This document shows, piece by piece, positions 39,267 to 53,302 of a DNA stretch of 64,000 bases (position 1 is its first letter; each line of letters starts with the position of its first letter). Source of the DNA: Octopus vulgaris (Eukaryota); contig OX597815.1 in assembly GCA_951406725.2 (NCBI GenBank), forward strand, positions 181,536,001 through 181,600,000, in the 5' to 3' direction. The notes below the pieces were generated by a model. The model was not told where the DNA came from and ran no database searches. It saw nothing but the letters and a program-made list of their open reading frames with translations. Made by a program: the position numbers and the translations under genes.

Positions 39267-40355
39267 GAACGTCTCAGCCACATGGCTATGCATGCAGCAT
39301 TCTTGATCACGTGATTATGCGTTATTACATTTAAATAGTTGCTTAAATTCTGCTTTACTAATTAGACATTTTACAAAGCTACTAACTGAAAACTTAAAAA
39401 GACGAAAGCTAGGAATTGAACTTAAAGCTGCGAATTGTATTGGGTTCTACAAATAGGACAAAAAATAAATGTTTTTAAAGTAAAGGTATTTTGGTTTCAG
39501 GGCATACATTTATTCTGCATATATAGCAGTGTTCTGTAAGATTTGAAAGATGCCACTAAGACAAAATGTGATATGAAGAGATAATAGTGTATGACGTGAA
39601 AAAAATAAAAATGATAAAGACCTCCCCCTTTAAGATTTTTCCTCTGTCCCTACCAAACCGTTATTAATAATTTGGAACACATAAATAAGATAATTAGTGT
39701 TCGTATTATTTAGTAGCAAGGACAGAGTATTTAATTTTGCGACCATAATATCCTACTAAGTATATTAATATTTTACAAATCAATATTGAGCCTCACTTGT
39801 GTGTTAGCAGTGCGTTGTTTTCATTTTTAATTTTATCTCCACAGATTTTCTATGAAATCTCTACTATCTCTACAGTTTCAATCTCTATAATTTTTCTATC
39901 CACAAACGCCTTGTATTCGTGGATTGTTTCTGGGTTGAATGTGGTGCTGTTGAAAGAGTAATAACTCTTAAAGTTCACCCGCGCCCTATTTTTTCTCTTT
40001 TCGATAACATTGTTTACATAGACGTATTCATATAAGAAACATCATAACTTTCAGCGCTGCCTCTTAACTCTATAGAAAAGCTGGTAGAGATAAACTTACA
40101 AATTTGGTTTCTGTCCCAATGTTCTAGAGTGTGGTAATTAGAGCATTAGAAAAATTATCTCCAAACTATTCCAATTGTTATACTTGACGTTGGTCTATTG
40201 AATTTCTTTAAAACAGTTTCACTTCATATTAATTCAGTAAATCAGAATATTCGTAACTTCCCAACAGTTAATTCTTCAAACACCTGGATACGAAATTAAT
40301 TTTCACACGCGAGCCTCTATCCTGCCCTTCTTACCTACATGCAATTGCACACAGG

Positions 40356-40927
40356 TGGAGGCGCGAGGCTTAGTGGTTAGGGTGTCAGCATCATAATTGT
40401 AAGATCCTGGTTTCGATTCCTGGACCGGGCGATGCGTTGTGTTCTTGAGCAAAATACTTCATTTCATGTTGCTCTAGTCCACTCAGCTGGCAAAAATGAG
40501 TAACGCTGCGATGGACTGGCGTCCCATCCAGCTGGGGAACACATACGCCACGGAAACCGAGAAACCGGGCCCATGAGACTGGCTAGGCTTTAAAAAGGGC
40601 GCATTTATTTTGTGGAGTCACATGGCCTAGTGGTTAGAGCAGCGGACTCGCGGTCGAGGGATCGCGGGTTCGAATCTCAGACCGGGCGATGTGTGTGTTT
40701 ATGAGCGAAACACCTAAGCTCCACGCGGCTCCGGCAGAAGGTAATGGCGAACTTCTGTTGAATCTTTCGCCACAACTTTCTCTCACTCTTTCCTCTTGCA
40801 TCTAGCAGCTCACCTGCGACGGACATGCGTCCCGTCCAGGTGGGGAACCTATACGCCAAGGAAACCGGGGAACCGGCCCTTATGAGCCAGGCATGGCTTG
40901 AGAAGGAACAAATAAAATAAAATAATA
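40356..40927 (+). mobile_element. Two group-B-related SINEs in tandem (40356-40610, 40611-40927)
   Basis: Two different tRNA-like heads (gtttcgattcc; gggttcgaatct) with related ...gtccag...gggaac..atacgcca.ggaaacc tails. The pair is enclosed by aattgcacacagg at 40343-40355 and 40928-40940. Confidence 0.88.
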
Positions 40928-41894
40928 AATTGCACACAGGCATATATTTCAACAAAGAGATACAGCCACAAAAACATACAGGCGGAAACATACGCCACAC
41001 GGACATGCAAAGAAACACCGACGCATAAACAAACACGCACAAACGATTTAATGGTCATGAAGACATACAACCAGATTCAAAGACAGGAATAAGAAATGTT
41101 ACCCGAAGAATCACTCTGTGGCGAAATCAAATTAGTTGTAATATAATTAGATGATATAAAGATTTTTAATAGCAATGTGTGTGTATATATATTGGTATTA
41201 TTAAACGGATAAGAGATCGTTACATAGCGACTACTACTTTAGGTTTGCCATTTCACTCGCACACGTATATACGTCTTTCTTTCTCTCGGTGTGTGTGTCT
41301 ATGTGCATGTGTATGTATGTCCGTGCATGTGTGAGTGTGTGTGTGTGTTTGTGCATGTCTTTTGCAGCCGTAGAAGACTCAGACCATATTATTGCCAGCA
41401 AAATGACACAAGAAAATAACTTTGGCTTCAGTTTTCAAGAGCAATTATTCAAAAGAATATGAAATAAATTGCTTAGCAGTCTCAAAATCAATAATCTATT
41501 GGATTTCAAATAATTTCTTGCAAAGAACACATTCTATTCATTATTAATCGAGAATATTAATTTCACACGTTGAAATATTTTACAGTAAATAAAAAAAGAA
41601 GCGAAATTTAAAACTATAAGAAGACGAATTGAAAAATAGAGATTTTTTTCCCCCGATTATCATTTTACGGAGAAGAAAATTCCATTTCTTTGTTAAATTA
41701 CCTCACTTATTCTGTTTTTGAAACTCTTTCACTGAATTAAATCACATGTACTCTCACACGCACACATAATATCATCATCATCATCATCTACTTCATATAC
41801 ATATATGTGTATATATATGTGTTATATATATGTATGTATATATATACATACACACACACACATATATATATACATGCACACATACATACATATA

Positions 41895-41951
<57 letters not shown>

Positions 41952-42061
41952 ATAATATTAGGAGATTTTACTTATATTATATATCCATCATTCATTTTAT
42001 ACTTTTTGAGATCTAGTTATAAGTTATATATTTTAAAAATAAAATTTATATATATATATAT

Positions 42062-42123
<62 letters not shown>

Positions 42124-42631
42124 TTATTTCATAGCTGTCTGTTTGTCTGCCTGTCAGTATGTATGTATATGATTACACATGTGTGGTGAGCGTGAAGGAA
42201 AATAATAGCAAAATATTTATAAACATTCATAGACACACCACACAAGCACACAACCATATTACGGATTTCGCCATGGAAAAAAAAAGCTAAAAAACCTATT
42301 CAAACGTATAACTAACAAAATGATTTGTTCGATGTCCCTTTATAAAAAGATTCTATCGAATAATTTGACTGCTCATCTGTCTAACTTGCAGCTAAATTTA
42401 ATAAAGATCGGGTCATCGAAAAGCACCCCAATTTTAATGCATCAGCTAAAACGAGGTTGCCTGAGAAAGTGTCTTCACTTTAAACGAATTAAGATCAAGC
42501 AAAAAAAAATAAATAAATAAAACAAAAACAAACATACTAATAAGAATAAACAGAAATTTTTAATAGATTTCTACTTAAATTTGCTAAAAATATAAAACTG
42601 ACGATCATCTCAATAACAGTTCTGCTTTGTA

Positions 42632-42671
<40 letters not shown>

Positions 42672-42676
<5 letters not shown>

Positions 42677-42895
42677 AAAATGGGACAAGAACGCAAAACA
42701 TCTAAACAGTTAGGTCATACAAAAAAGGGACAACAAAACATCCAGACGGTCATACAAAAAAGGGACAACAAAACATCCAGACAGACGATACAAAGAAAAC
42801 AAGGACGGGTCATTAGGAGTTTTCTTTCCTCAGTCGAGTTCCAAATTATCTTTGAAATTTCTGCTGGTTATACTCGAGATTGCTCCAATCTGGCT
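42672..42895. repeat. Second copy of the 22940 repeat family with an extra internal about 30-bp unit
   Basis: Colinear with 22940-23125; ggtcatacaaaaaagggacaacaaaacatccagac is duplicated. Confidence 0.78.
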
Positions 42896-44156
42896 AATAT
42901 ACGGCAAGAAGAAAATGAAGTGGATGCAGAGGTAGTATGCATCAACTGTTATACATTATATTATGTCTATTTATTTATTTTAAACAATTATGAGAATATA
43001 TATACATGTGTGAAGATTGTGTTTTACATATATAAGTACCAGTAATTTCTAGAGTAGAGAAAGAAGAACAGTTTCTTACAGCTGTTTCTGCCAAGAGGTC
43101 ACTGTATGCCACATGTTATTTCCATCTTTTCAGTGTACTGTAGGGATCGGTAGATACAATTAGGGCATATAAATAGACATAATATAATGTCTAACAGTTC
43201 ATGCATACTATCTCTGGATCCCCTCCATTTTCTCCTTGCCGTATAAATAAAGGGTAAAATCACTTTTTACCCTCGCCCATTTATTACGCTCAGTAGTGTA
43301 ATTACCACGCAATAGTCAACACTTGTGTATTAACTTATAACTTAGGGTATCTACGAGATACTGCCATGCTGAAAATAGCAGCCATGATCTGACTCTAAAA
43401 CCACCTTAAGTGTTCATATAGCAACACAGAGAGAAGACAAAATGGTAAGATAAAACTAGTAAAAATGTACTTGATAATTCCAGATCCCGGATTTGTGGCT
43501 TTGCATTTAGAAATGCTTTGCTTCATCAGTTGAATATACACAGATATATACATACATGCAGAATATACATACATACATATACAGAGAGAGAGGGGGGAGG
43601 GAGGGAGGGAGGGAGAGAATGACATGAAGTATTACGTACTGCGTTTTCTACAGTCTGAGTTCAAATTGACATTATTTGCTGAAATGAATAAGAAGAATCT
43701 GCACCAGTTATGCACTTGATGTATTCTGATAGGCCATCATTTCAGTGTACGTATATGTGAAACCCCTGGTGCAAATATTAGAAATCAATGTTCATAATTT
43801 AATGTGGAGGAGCGCATTCAGCCAAATCGCTGCAGCACCCGACAACCCATTGAAACATCCGCAATTTAATATCCTCTCATCGATAATTCTTTCGATTTCC
43901 TAGGATTTGTAATGGTAATCATAAACTGAAAAGCAAACTTATAAATTATGTCACATACCGCATGACGAATTGTGATGTGACATTTATAAACTCACGCTTC
44001 ATCTCAGAGAACAAAAATAAATTATTTTATACAAAAGGATAATACTGTAAATGTATCAGGAATAAAGAGTTGCTGAAGAGAGGGAGAGAAAACATACAAA
44101 GCGAAGCCTTGTTACAGGTAGCAGAGCGTGGACGTATATGCTCTTTATAGTTCTAA

Positions 44157-44548
44157 CTAGCAGTACCACCGGCGTTGCTCGCGTTTGTTTCGACCTTTTA
44201 GAATTGAAAATTTTGAAAAGTAAAACTTTTGCATTATGTAGCTTGTTATTCTCTTTAAGTGAACATTCTTCTGGTTGAAATACACTGAAAAATGGCGACA
44301 CAGCAATCGAAAAATCGTAAAAAATAGGGATTTTCATAGAAAAAAAAGCACCTTTTTAATGTAAATATGTTTTGATGTTAACATGGTCCAATTTGAATTT
44401 TTCTTAATACGGAACGAAGAACAAGCCTTCTTCTATCATACTCTCAATTTTGGTCAACTTGCGCCACACGGTCTTGGAGGAGATAGTATTAGTTGAAGGC
44501 TACCAAACCTGCCATACACAGACAACTTCAGCTTTATATTGAGAGAGA
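44157..44548 (-). mobile_element. Non-autonomous Helitron-like element
   Basis: Minus strand starts a|TCtctc..aatataaagctgaagttgtctgtgt and ends cgagcaacgccggtggtactgCTAG|t; same architecture as 17290-17715. Confidence 0.7.
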
Positions 44549-44971
44549 TTAGTTACTAGCCCTATGTGCTGGAATATTTCAGAATGAAATAATCAAGTAG
44601 TTCAACCGAAATACTCATTTGAAATACTCCTTTTAAATACTCATTTGAACATTGCGTTTTTATATTCCATTCCTCTCAACAAATCTGTAGAATTTGTGGA
44701 TTAACAACTGTCTCATAAAAGTAATCATCTTTAAAAATGACAGGACGTTAGAAACATTTAATTTCTTTCTGAAAATATATCTTAAGTTAAATAAATATTG
44801 TAGAGTGAAGAGTGGTATAATTTTGTGCAGAAGTGAAGGGGAACATGGCTTGAAGATACATAATCGAATACTGAGACACGTCTGAATTGAATGAATATAG
44901 GACTGGCGATAGTTACGGTGAAGGGGTTATCGGGTAACAGTTGGACACCTCTTCATTGCAAGTAATGATTG

Positions 44972-45276
44972 CTTGTTCCTCCCCAAGCCACGCCTGGCTC
45001 ATAAGGGCCGGTTTCCCGGTTTCCTTGGCGTATAGGTTCCCCCACCTGGACGGGATGCCGGTTCGTCGCAGATGAGCAGCAAGATGCAGGAGGAAAGAGT
45101 GAGAGAAAGTTGTGGCGAAAGAGTCAGCAGAAGTTCGCCATTACCTTCTGCCGGAGCCGCGTGGAGCTTAGGTGTTTCGCTCATAAACACTCACATCTCG
45201 CCAGGTCTGATATTCGAACCCGCGATCCCTCGACCGAGAGTCCTCTGCTCTAACCACTTGGCTATGTGCCTCCACA
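44972..45276 (-). mobile_element. tRNA-derived SINE group B
   Basis: Reverse complement of 34031-34327 and 40611-40915; probable TSD ca(a/g)gtaatgat. Confidence 0.9.
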
Positions 45277-45814
45277 CAGGTAATGATAGTTGAATATAAT
45301 TCACAGTCAGCCAACTTTTTGAGGGGCTCTTTGCGTAAGGGAGTCTCAAATTTTATGTTGACGTCACGAACGCGGCGCCGATGTTAAAGAAAGTGTCGAG
45401 AGCTTCATATAAACGCGGTGATGTCCGAATATTTGGCTTTACGATAACAGTATTAGTCGTTACTGAACATGGAGGTAAACCTGTTGCATAATGCAATGAA
45501 AGCGATGTAGAGAGTCGATATTTCTCCGCAAACTAATAAATATTACTCGTACATCTGCTATTATCAGCCATTTAAGCATTTTGATGGTTTGCATTTGAAG
45601 TAACATGAATAGTAATAAACTGAAGTCGATTCAGTTGCCTGCAAACTTTCTGAATAGTTGTGTGACTGACAAAACCAGTATACTTACGCCTAATATTTTG
45701 TAGTTACACATACAAACATACATACATACATACGTACGTACGTACGTATTTGTATTATAATGTCCATCTATCTATCGATCTACATATCTATCAAACTTCC
45801 TTTCTCTTCCTCTC

Positions 45815-45879
<65 letters not shown>

Positions 45880-45886
<7 letters not shown>

Positions 45887-46164
45887 TTACCAAAAAAAAA
45901 ACAACAAAAGACGAGGACGGGTGTGTAAACAACAAACAGATGTATTAGTTTAATGCTCGGGAAGTGAGAAAGTCTTTTACGTTTCGAGCCTACACTCTTC
46001 ATCAGAAAGGAACAGAGAAATCTCCTTGTTTTCTGTGTCCCTTTCTGTAGAAGAGCGTAGGCTCGAAACGTTAAAGACTTTTCTATTCCTGAGCGTTATA
46101 CTAATACATGTTTGTTCTGTACACCACCTGTCTTCGTCTTTTGTTTTTTTCCGTAAACTCTCCC

Positions 46165-46165
<1 letters not shown>
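45880..46165. repeat. Inverted pair of hammerhead-family repeats between two (TA)n tracts
   Basis: Minus copy cttt-CTGATGA-agagtgtaggctc-GAAAC-GTA-aaag (45974-46009). Plus copy cttt-CTGTAGA-agagcgtaggctc-GAAAC-GTT-aaag (46041-46076). Confidence 0.8.
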
Positions 46166-46230
<65 letters not shown>

Positions 46231-46234
<4 letters not shown>

Positions 46235-46480
46235 AGCATCGCAATCAAAATAGAGGATCAGATACTGCAACAGTTTGGGTTCCAAGGGCCCACAGCTTTT
46301 CATTATCCTTCCAAAATGCCCGAAAGACCTGCATGGTGTGGATGTAAGTGTCTTTAAAACAAAAGTGAATTTCCTCTGGTCAAGGGTTCCATATGGGCCT
46401 ACCTCACGACAGGAAAAGTAGATGAGGGCAGCGGCATCAAACATCATTCACCAAATTCCACTTATCAGAGGAGGTTTCAA
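46231..46480 (+). pseudogene. 3' fragment of a CR1-group LINE ORF2
   Basis: Translates YCNSLGSKGPQLFIILPKCPKDLHGVDVSVFKTKVNFLWSRVPYGP...RAAASNIIHQ, resembling the NSL...GPRLFN.LP...FK.KLD..L..VPDEP...RAA.SNSL C-terminus of invertebrate CR1-like elements. Confidence 0.72.
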
Positions 46481-47582
46481 ACAATCGTGTCAACTGCATT
46501 CTGACTCGACTAAACCAACAACACTTCTCGACCTCCGGCAGAAACGTTTGATACCATAAGAGAAAATTCTTTCTCGATAATGGTTGAATTCTCTTGGTAA
46601 TCCTTCACTATCACACCTTCTGTCTCTTCAAATGGATACGTTTCATTTTTTGATATCTAGACGTCCTCATTTGACTTACGCCTTCCCGCTCTCAAGCAAG
46701 GGTAGCACTCATTCAGTTTTTGCTCCTGCTCACTGTATTTTTTGGTACACCCTTTCTTTCTTTGTCATCTTTCTCTCTCGCTCGCTATGTCTTTTGGTTT
46801 ACATACAATTTCCCTTCCTTTTAAAAGCTATTAAGGAAAGTATGAGCATCACTACATCCCAGTTCTTTTATTCTTCTTTCCTATCAATTTGAAGGTCCTT
46901 TTTAGTAAAAATAATTCTAGACATAATGCAATTTATAAAACATGTAAATTCAATTATACGGTATTGAAAAGGAAAGTTAATTTTTGAATTTTTTTTTTCT
47001 CGCAGCGACTTTACAAGTTACAAATATGTTACAATGAGAATGGCTACTACCTGACAGTATATTTTTAGAGATAATTATTGATTCACTCTCACGACATGTT
47101 CGGAGAAAAAGAAATCTGTGAGAAACCATTCCCCCTGAGTGAGTTCAATATGTATCGATTTTATTCAGCTCACTTTGCATTCTCATGCTATCTCACATGA
47201 ACAAACGCATAACAAACGCCAAACTAATAATGAGAATGGCATTATGGTCGACATGTGTGCAGTTTAGCTTTGATGAGGTTGAATTACGTCTTGTTGTGAA
47301 ATTTCTGGAGTGATTTATAAATTGTCATAGAATTTTTAACTATTTTAAAGTAGTTAAGTCTTATTTATTGTTCACTATTAAATTAATGAAAAACATGGTA
47401 GGACTGAATTGGCAATAAATAAATGAACACCTTTTCAAAAGAATGACAAACTTTATTGATGTTCCGCAAACATGAAATCTATGTCATGCGAGGAAAACTT
47501 TCTGGTGACGCGATGCATTCGGGTTTCCGATCTAATTGTGTTAAATTATAAAACAGATTGGTCCTAGCAAACAGGACTTGCT

Positions 47583-47912
47583 TATATACATATGCGCACA
47601 CACACATATATGTATGTATGCATGTATGTATGCATGCATGTATGTATGTATGCATGCGTACATGTATGTATGTGTGTATGTATGTATGTGTGTGTATGTA
47701 TGTATGTATGTATATATGTATGCATGCGTACATGTGTGTATGTATGTATATATGTATGTATGTATGTATGTGTGTGTATGTATGTATGTATGTGTGTGTG
47801 TATGTATGTATGAATGTATGTATGTATGCATGTATGTATTATGCATGTATGTATGTATGTATGTATGTATGCATGCGTACATGTGCGTATGTATGTATAT
47901 ATGTATGTATGC

Positions 47913-47945
<33 letters not shown>

Positions 47946-47990
47946 TGTATGTATGTATGTATGCGTGCATGTGTGTGTGTCTGTGTGCAT
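47583..47990. repeat. Degenerate (TATG)n microsatellite
   Basis: Direct reading. Similar (TATG)/(TA)/(CA) arrays occur at 16236, 19303, 28995, 41800, 48420, 52220, 52600, 61490 and 63115. Confidence 0.97.
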
Positions 47991-48426
47991 ATTTGCTTTG
48001 AGGTTGAAAATAATGTGAAAGCGATTTTCACAAGGTTAATCCTTTTTACACAAGCTAGTCTCTACTGATATGTTCTTATCCAAATAAGGCATTAACGCTT
48101 TACCTCCATTGGTTAAGTAGTTATGAAGAATTTATTTGCTAATAACACGCTGTGAGATCCATATTGATCTGAAATTTTAATCCCTTGAGACTATCCTTTA
48201 TGGAAAAGTGATCATGGTCCCACGGGAGACCTACTTTACAATAATCAAAGCTTTTTGTTCACCGTTAATTCTTAGTTTGAGTACAAAAATTATTGATGAC
48301 ACGTGTCATGTCAGTCTTCGACAGGTTTTGCTCGTAGAACTGTCATAGTGAGAAGTAAATTTATCGGCGTATTTTTGTAAAACTGCTTGCGCTGGTTATT
48401 ACGTCATTGAGCGTTGCATTTGTATG

Positions 48427-48477
<51 letters not shown>

Positions 48478-48550
48478 ATGTTTATATATATATATATGTT
48501 TATATATATATATATGTATATATATATATGTATATATATATGTGTATATA

Positions 48551-48608
<58 letters not shown>

Positions 48609-48686
48609 TATATACATATATATAAATACATATATATATATACATATATATACATATATACATATATAAACATATATGTATATATA

Positions 48687-48910
48687 TTTAGCCCCAGGAG
48701 ACATCGCCTCTAGCTGGCTATATGACACGATCTGTGTCCTTATATTTTCGAACAAGGGAATCTAGCACCCCCACTCAGCTCAAAACAATATCCGTGTATC
48801 GCAATTTCTGGGTTTGAGCTGAGTAGGGGTGCTAGATTCCCTTGCTCGAAAATATAAGGACACAGATCATGTTGTATAGCCAGCTGGAGACGATGTCTCC
48901 TGGGGCTAAA
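48687..48910. repeat. Long inverted repeat (about 98-bp arms), related to 29523-29871
   Basis: tttagccccaggagacatcg.ctc.agctggctata...gatctgtgtccttatattttcga.caagggaatctagcacccc.actcagctcaaa is mirrored. Shares the tagc.ccaggaga.catc..ctcc/tagctg.cta motif with the 29.5-kb element. Confidence 0.9.
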
Positions 48911-51438
48911 TTACAGCAAAATTCATCCTAAACCAGGACTGTCATGTTATGTTGGAAACAATCTTTACTACAAAGTACTGTTGCCGAATATCTCGCGTTG
49001 TGAAATATTTTCCTTTATTTTCCTTTATTTTTGAACTCTGAAACATGAATTTCTTTAGATTTAGTTATTCTTCCTGTACGTATTTTTTCTGTTTTTGCTT
49101 TTAAATTCCTTTTTGTAACATTTCTTTATTCTTCAAGATTTTCATTTCAAAATACTAATGGAAAAATTATCTCAATTAATATTTACTGCAAACATATCGA
49201 TAAAAGATTTTCTTAGTATATGGTCAAATAACAGTTATCATTATGACCTCTTAAACAGTCAGTTTACACTAAGGTTCCAGTGTACGTGGTACTGTCACAA
49301 TTTTTAAGAGTACCGAAATACATCGTTCTATGTAGTTAAGTAATCATTAATCCCCTGTGACTCTGTTTATGGTGAGATTAAGATGACAACACCTAAGAGT
49401 TAAATCAGCGTATGATCAGTTATAAGGAACAACACTCCTCTCTAAAAATATATTACCCCATAGGTAGAGTAATTCTAAAATGGTATTTGTTGCATATTCA
49501 CCCGCTGAGGGCCAGATAAAAAGAAGAGCCGTTAAAATGAGAATTACGACAGAAACGTAACAATATGTTTTATATTTTGATAATTTTAAAATATTTTTAC
49601 TATTGATGTGACAAAAAATATAGAATAAGGCGTCTATATATAGGGAAATAGATATCTAATCATATACGTTCAATTTTTATGGAACAAAGTTGCTTTTATA
49701 TAGATTTTCTGATGTTCCCCAGTTGCCTGAAGGCTTGGGGATTTCAATTGGTTAACTAGGGGATTTCTATTGCTTAACATTTTTCTCTCTGCTTGATTAG
49801 ATTTTTTCTTTTCAATTTACAAAAATATTTCCTGAGCAGTTTCTATCTTTATAACTTTTATTCAGAGCTCACTATATGGTTTTACACATCCATATCAGAA
49901 ATAGCAATTTCGTATATATTTTCGTAACAATAAACTGTTTGTAAACAAAGTTCAGCGAGATGAATCTAAAGAAACGAACAATATTATCTAATAAATACAA
50001 CTGAATTAAGTTTTCCCAAATGATAAAAAGATCTGATTTTGATTGCAGATATTAAATACTGGTCGGAAACAGACTCCAATTTCATATATTGTTTATTTTT
50101 GTAAACCAATTATGTGTTGAATTCAGACGTCATTCTCTCAATAGATTAGCTTTAAAAAAAAACATCTCTGACAAACGAGCTCTGAAAACGGCATCGAAAT
50201 AGCAAAATTTCTTCAGTGGTTTTAATGTATTGATTTCTTTTGATAAAATTTATCCTTTATTTTTTATTCTATTAGCTGTCTGGCTTTCTTCTCTTTCCTT
50301 CTATATTTTGCTTATTATCGAGATTAAACTATTAAAACTATTTTATTTTTTTCCATGCATCAAAAATTTTCTTTTACTTTTGAGTTGGGGCGGTTTTTAA
50401 AATGTATTATTATTCATGAGAAACTGTCATAAATGTGTTTCTAAGAACGTTTCCCAGACATTTGATTGGTTTGTCATTTACGTGGTTAATAATTACATTT
50501 CATGACATAGTAATTATATAAAAAAATATGCATAAAATAGAAATAAATCTGTTCTAGACATTTGATATATAGTTACAATTAAATTCTGGACATGAAACTA
50601 AGAGTTTGGTGTGATTTTATATTTAACAGTCATTTTAGTAATTTTCTGTTCTGTGTCAAGTTTTCAAGATCGCAGAATTAAAACAATTTGTACAGAAGTG
50701 TCAAAAAATTTCAATGTCCGTAAAGATTTTAAAACATAACTTCTATAGCTTTTTCTTTTTTTGTACAAGAATGTTGAAATTTTTCCGGTTTTGGACTCTG
50801 TCTATCCTGCATATAATGAATACATTGAACCCATACAGCTTATGCGAATTGGCTGTTTCTGTTCAGCTCTAAACGAGCAGTTCTATAAGCAAAGACATTT
50901 CCTTTTACGTGTAGTCATGCAGAACTGCTTTATTCAATCTGCTTTCCCTTTTACAAAACAGAGTTTGAAGGAGGCATGGCTATTATTTGTGGTAGAACGA
51001 GCAATTTTGTAGACACCTCGCTTTCACACGATACATATGCAGTGAAACAGCACGGTTAATGTTTGTAATAGTAAATTCAGAATAAAAAAAAAAGTATCTG
51101 GCAACTATATGTTGCTAAGATATAAGAATGCTATCCAAAGAATCTGTTGATCATGTCTCATAAATAAATGCAAAGCTTTATAAATAGATGAGGTAAAAAT
51201 AACTGTCAGACAGAAAAAGGCATTATTTTTCATTTCGTCACAGAACATATAAATATTTCATTGATAGGAAATGCAATATTTACATATTCACATAATAATA
51301 CAAACACGTAAATATTGTGAGATGCATGCTATTACTAAAGCATCCAGTTAGCACGGTAGACTGATGTGCCTCTAATTCTTCCGAGGAAAGTTAATACACG
51401 GCTGAACAAAAATATATAGAAGAATGTACATTTACTTC

Positions 51439-51644
51439 TTGTGTCTTATAATTTAACACACTCACCGGTAAAATTTCCACTTATTCCTTATTTTTATTTT
51501 CCTAAAATTTTCGTTGCGTCTTGCAACCTTTTCAATAGTCTTGACTTTTGAAAGGTTTGCAAGACGCAACAAAAATTTTAAGAAAATAAAAGTAAGGAAT
51601 AAGGGGAAATTTTACCGGTGAGTGTGTTAAATTATAAGGCACAA
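51439..51644. repeat. Near-perfect palindrome (about 102-bp arms, 2-nt loop)
   Basis: ttgtgtcttataatttaacacactcaccggtaaaattt...gttgcgtcttgcaacc...agtc|tt|gact...ttgcaagacgcaac...aaattttaccggtgagtgtgttaaattataaggcacaa. Confidence 0.92.
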
Positions 51645-52218
51645 AGAAAAATTGACTCTCCCTAGACACAACAGAATATGCTTCAACACACGAACTCACA
51701 TAAAGAATCTTACAAACCAAATCCAAAAACAAAATGTACATTTAGTCTTCTGGAAAATTAGGCTAAAATAGTTATTTGTTGGTTATCACACCTACATATT
51801 CTCATTAGAAACTTTAGATATATTTTCGAGTAAAACTGTATATGCGTTCCTATATAGAATTAATTACTTTCTTAATTATACATATTTTCCTAATTAAGAT
51901 ACACCGAGTCAATGTATGTGGGCGGGAATTTGAGTGCTTCTGTGAATGTGCGTGTGTATGAGACACTTCGTGTGTGTTGAGATCGATTGTGTATTTTAGA
52001 TCGATTGTGACTGCTAACACTTAACTTGTAATTTTCATTCGTTCATTGAATAAATGTACTTTTCTTTTGATAGACATTAAGATATATTTTAGCTTTGTTC
52101 AAGAATAGGCCTTATTAGTCAACCTATCAAAAGTATATTGGACTTCAAACAACTTAATTGACACATCTGTACATATCCTCACAGACACAGCAAAAAATAT
52201 GCACTACGCTGACACAGA

Positions 52219-52289
<71 letters not shown>

Positions 52290-52294
<5 letters not shown>

Positions 52295-52598
52295 TAAATT
52301 AGAGATAAAACGACTATTAGGCAAATCATACAATGAAAAACTTAAGCCAATACATAAGATTATTTAATTTATATTATTTAAATATATAACAAAATTATTA
52401 AAAAAATATAATTAATATAACACTACGATCGTTTCATGGCTGTTAATTTCTTTAAATTTTCGAGTTACAGTCATTCATCAGGTGGTTTAAATATTTAACT
52501 TGGCGAGGTTTAATCAATGAACTAATTTTTTACTATAAAATTGGATTCAATCCTAAATCTGATTTTTCCCTGTAAGTTTGGATTTATTCCCTAATATT
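52290..52598 (-). repeat. Dispersed repeat between (TA)n tracts carrying a candidate hammerhead (52419-52487)
   Basis: aaccac-CTGATGA-atgactgtaa...ttaacagccat-GAAAC-gatc-GTA-gtgtt; palindromic helix III ACGATCGT. Confidence 0.75.
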
Positions 52599-52632
52599 TA
52601 TTATATATATATATACATACATACATACATAC

Positions 52633-52683
<51 letters not shown>

Positions 52684-52765
52684 AAGAGATAGATATATAG
52701 ATATATATATACATACACATACATATATATATGTATGTATATATATATACATATATATATATACG

Positions 52766-52827
<62 letters not shown>

Positions 52828-53302
52828 TATATATATATATATCCATACACCTACACAGAGCGAGAGAAAGAAAGAGAGAGATACATACACACCCATCCAC
52901 TTCTACACACCCATCCACTTCTACACACACATACATATACATATATACATGTGTGTGTGTGTATGTGTGTGTGTGTGAGTGAGTGTGTGTGTATGTGCGT
53001 GTAAGTTTATTGCATTTTTATAAAAATAGTCTAATAATAATTTATCAGCTTTGAAGAAATAAACTTTAAAAAGTCTAAAACAACAAAAGCAGTGTTAGTC
53101 GCAGAAAGGCATGTTTAAAATTTCGTCACATGATATATAAATGTTTTATTGATGAGAAAATAACTGAAATTACACAAAAGGAAAATGGCTGATGTGTTTT
53201 AATATTATGGAGTCATTTTGAAATATCAACGAAAAGCAATATGTGTTGGTAAAAACATAACACTGATAAGATGTTAAAACATGAAGAATGATATGGTAAC
53301 TG

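Noticed and set aside
43070-43230. GAAAC-agct-GTA (minus strand), resembling a hammerhead 3' half; similar at about 6592
   Set aside because: No matching CUGANGA found at a plausible distance.
47479-48755. Many 60-190 aa ORFs rich in YI, MYVC, HT, poly-I or poly-N
   Set aside because: These are translations of (TA)n, (TATG)n, (CA)n and (AAT)n microsatellites.
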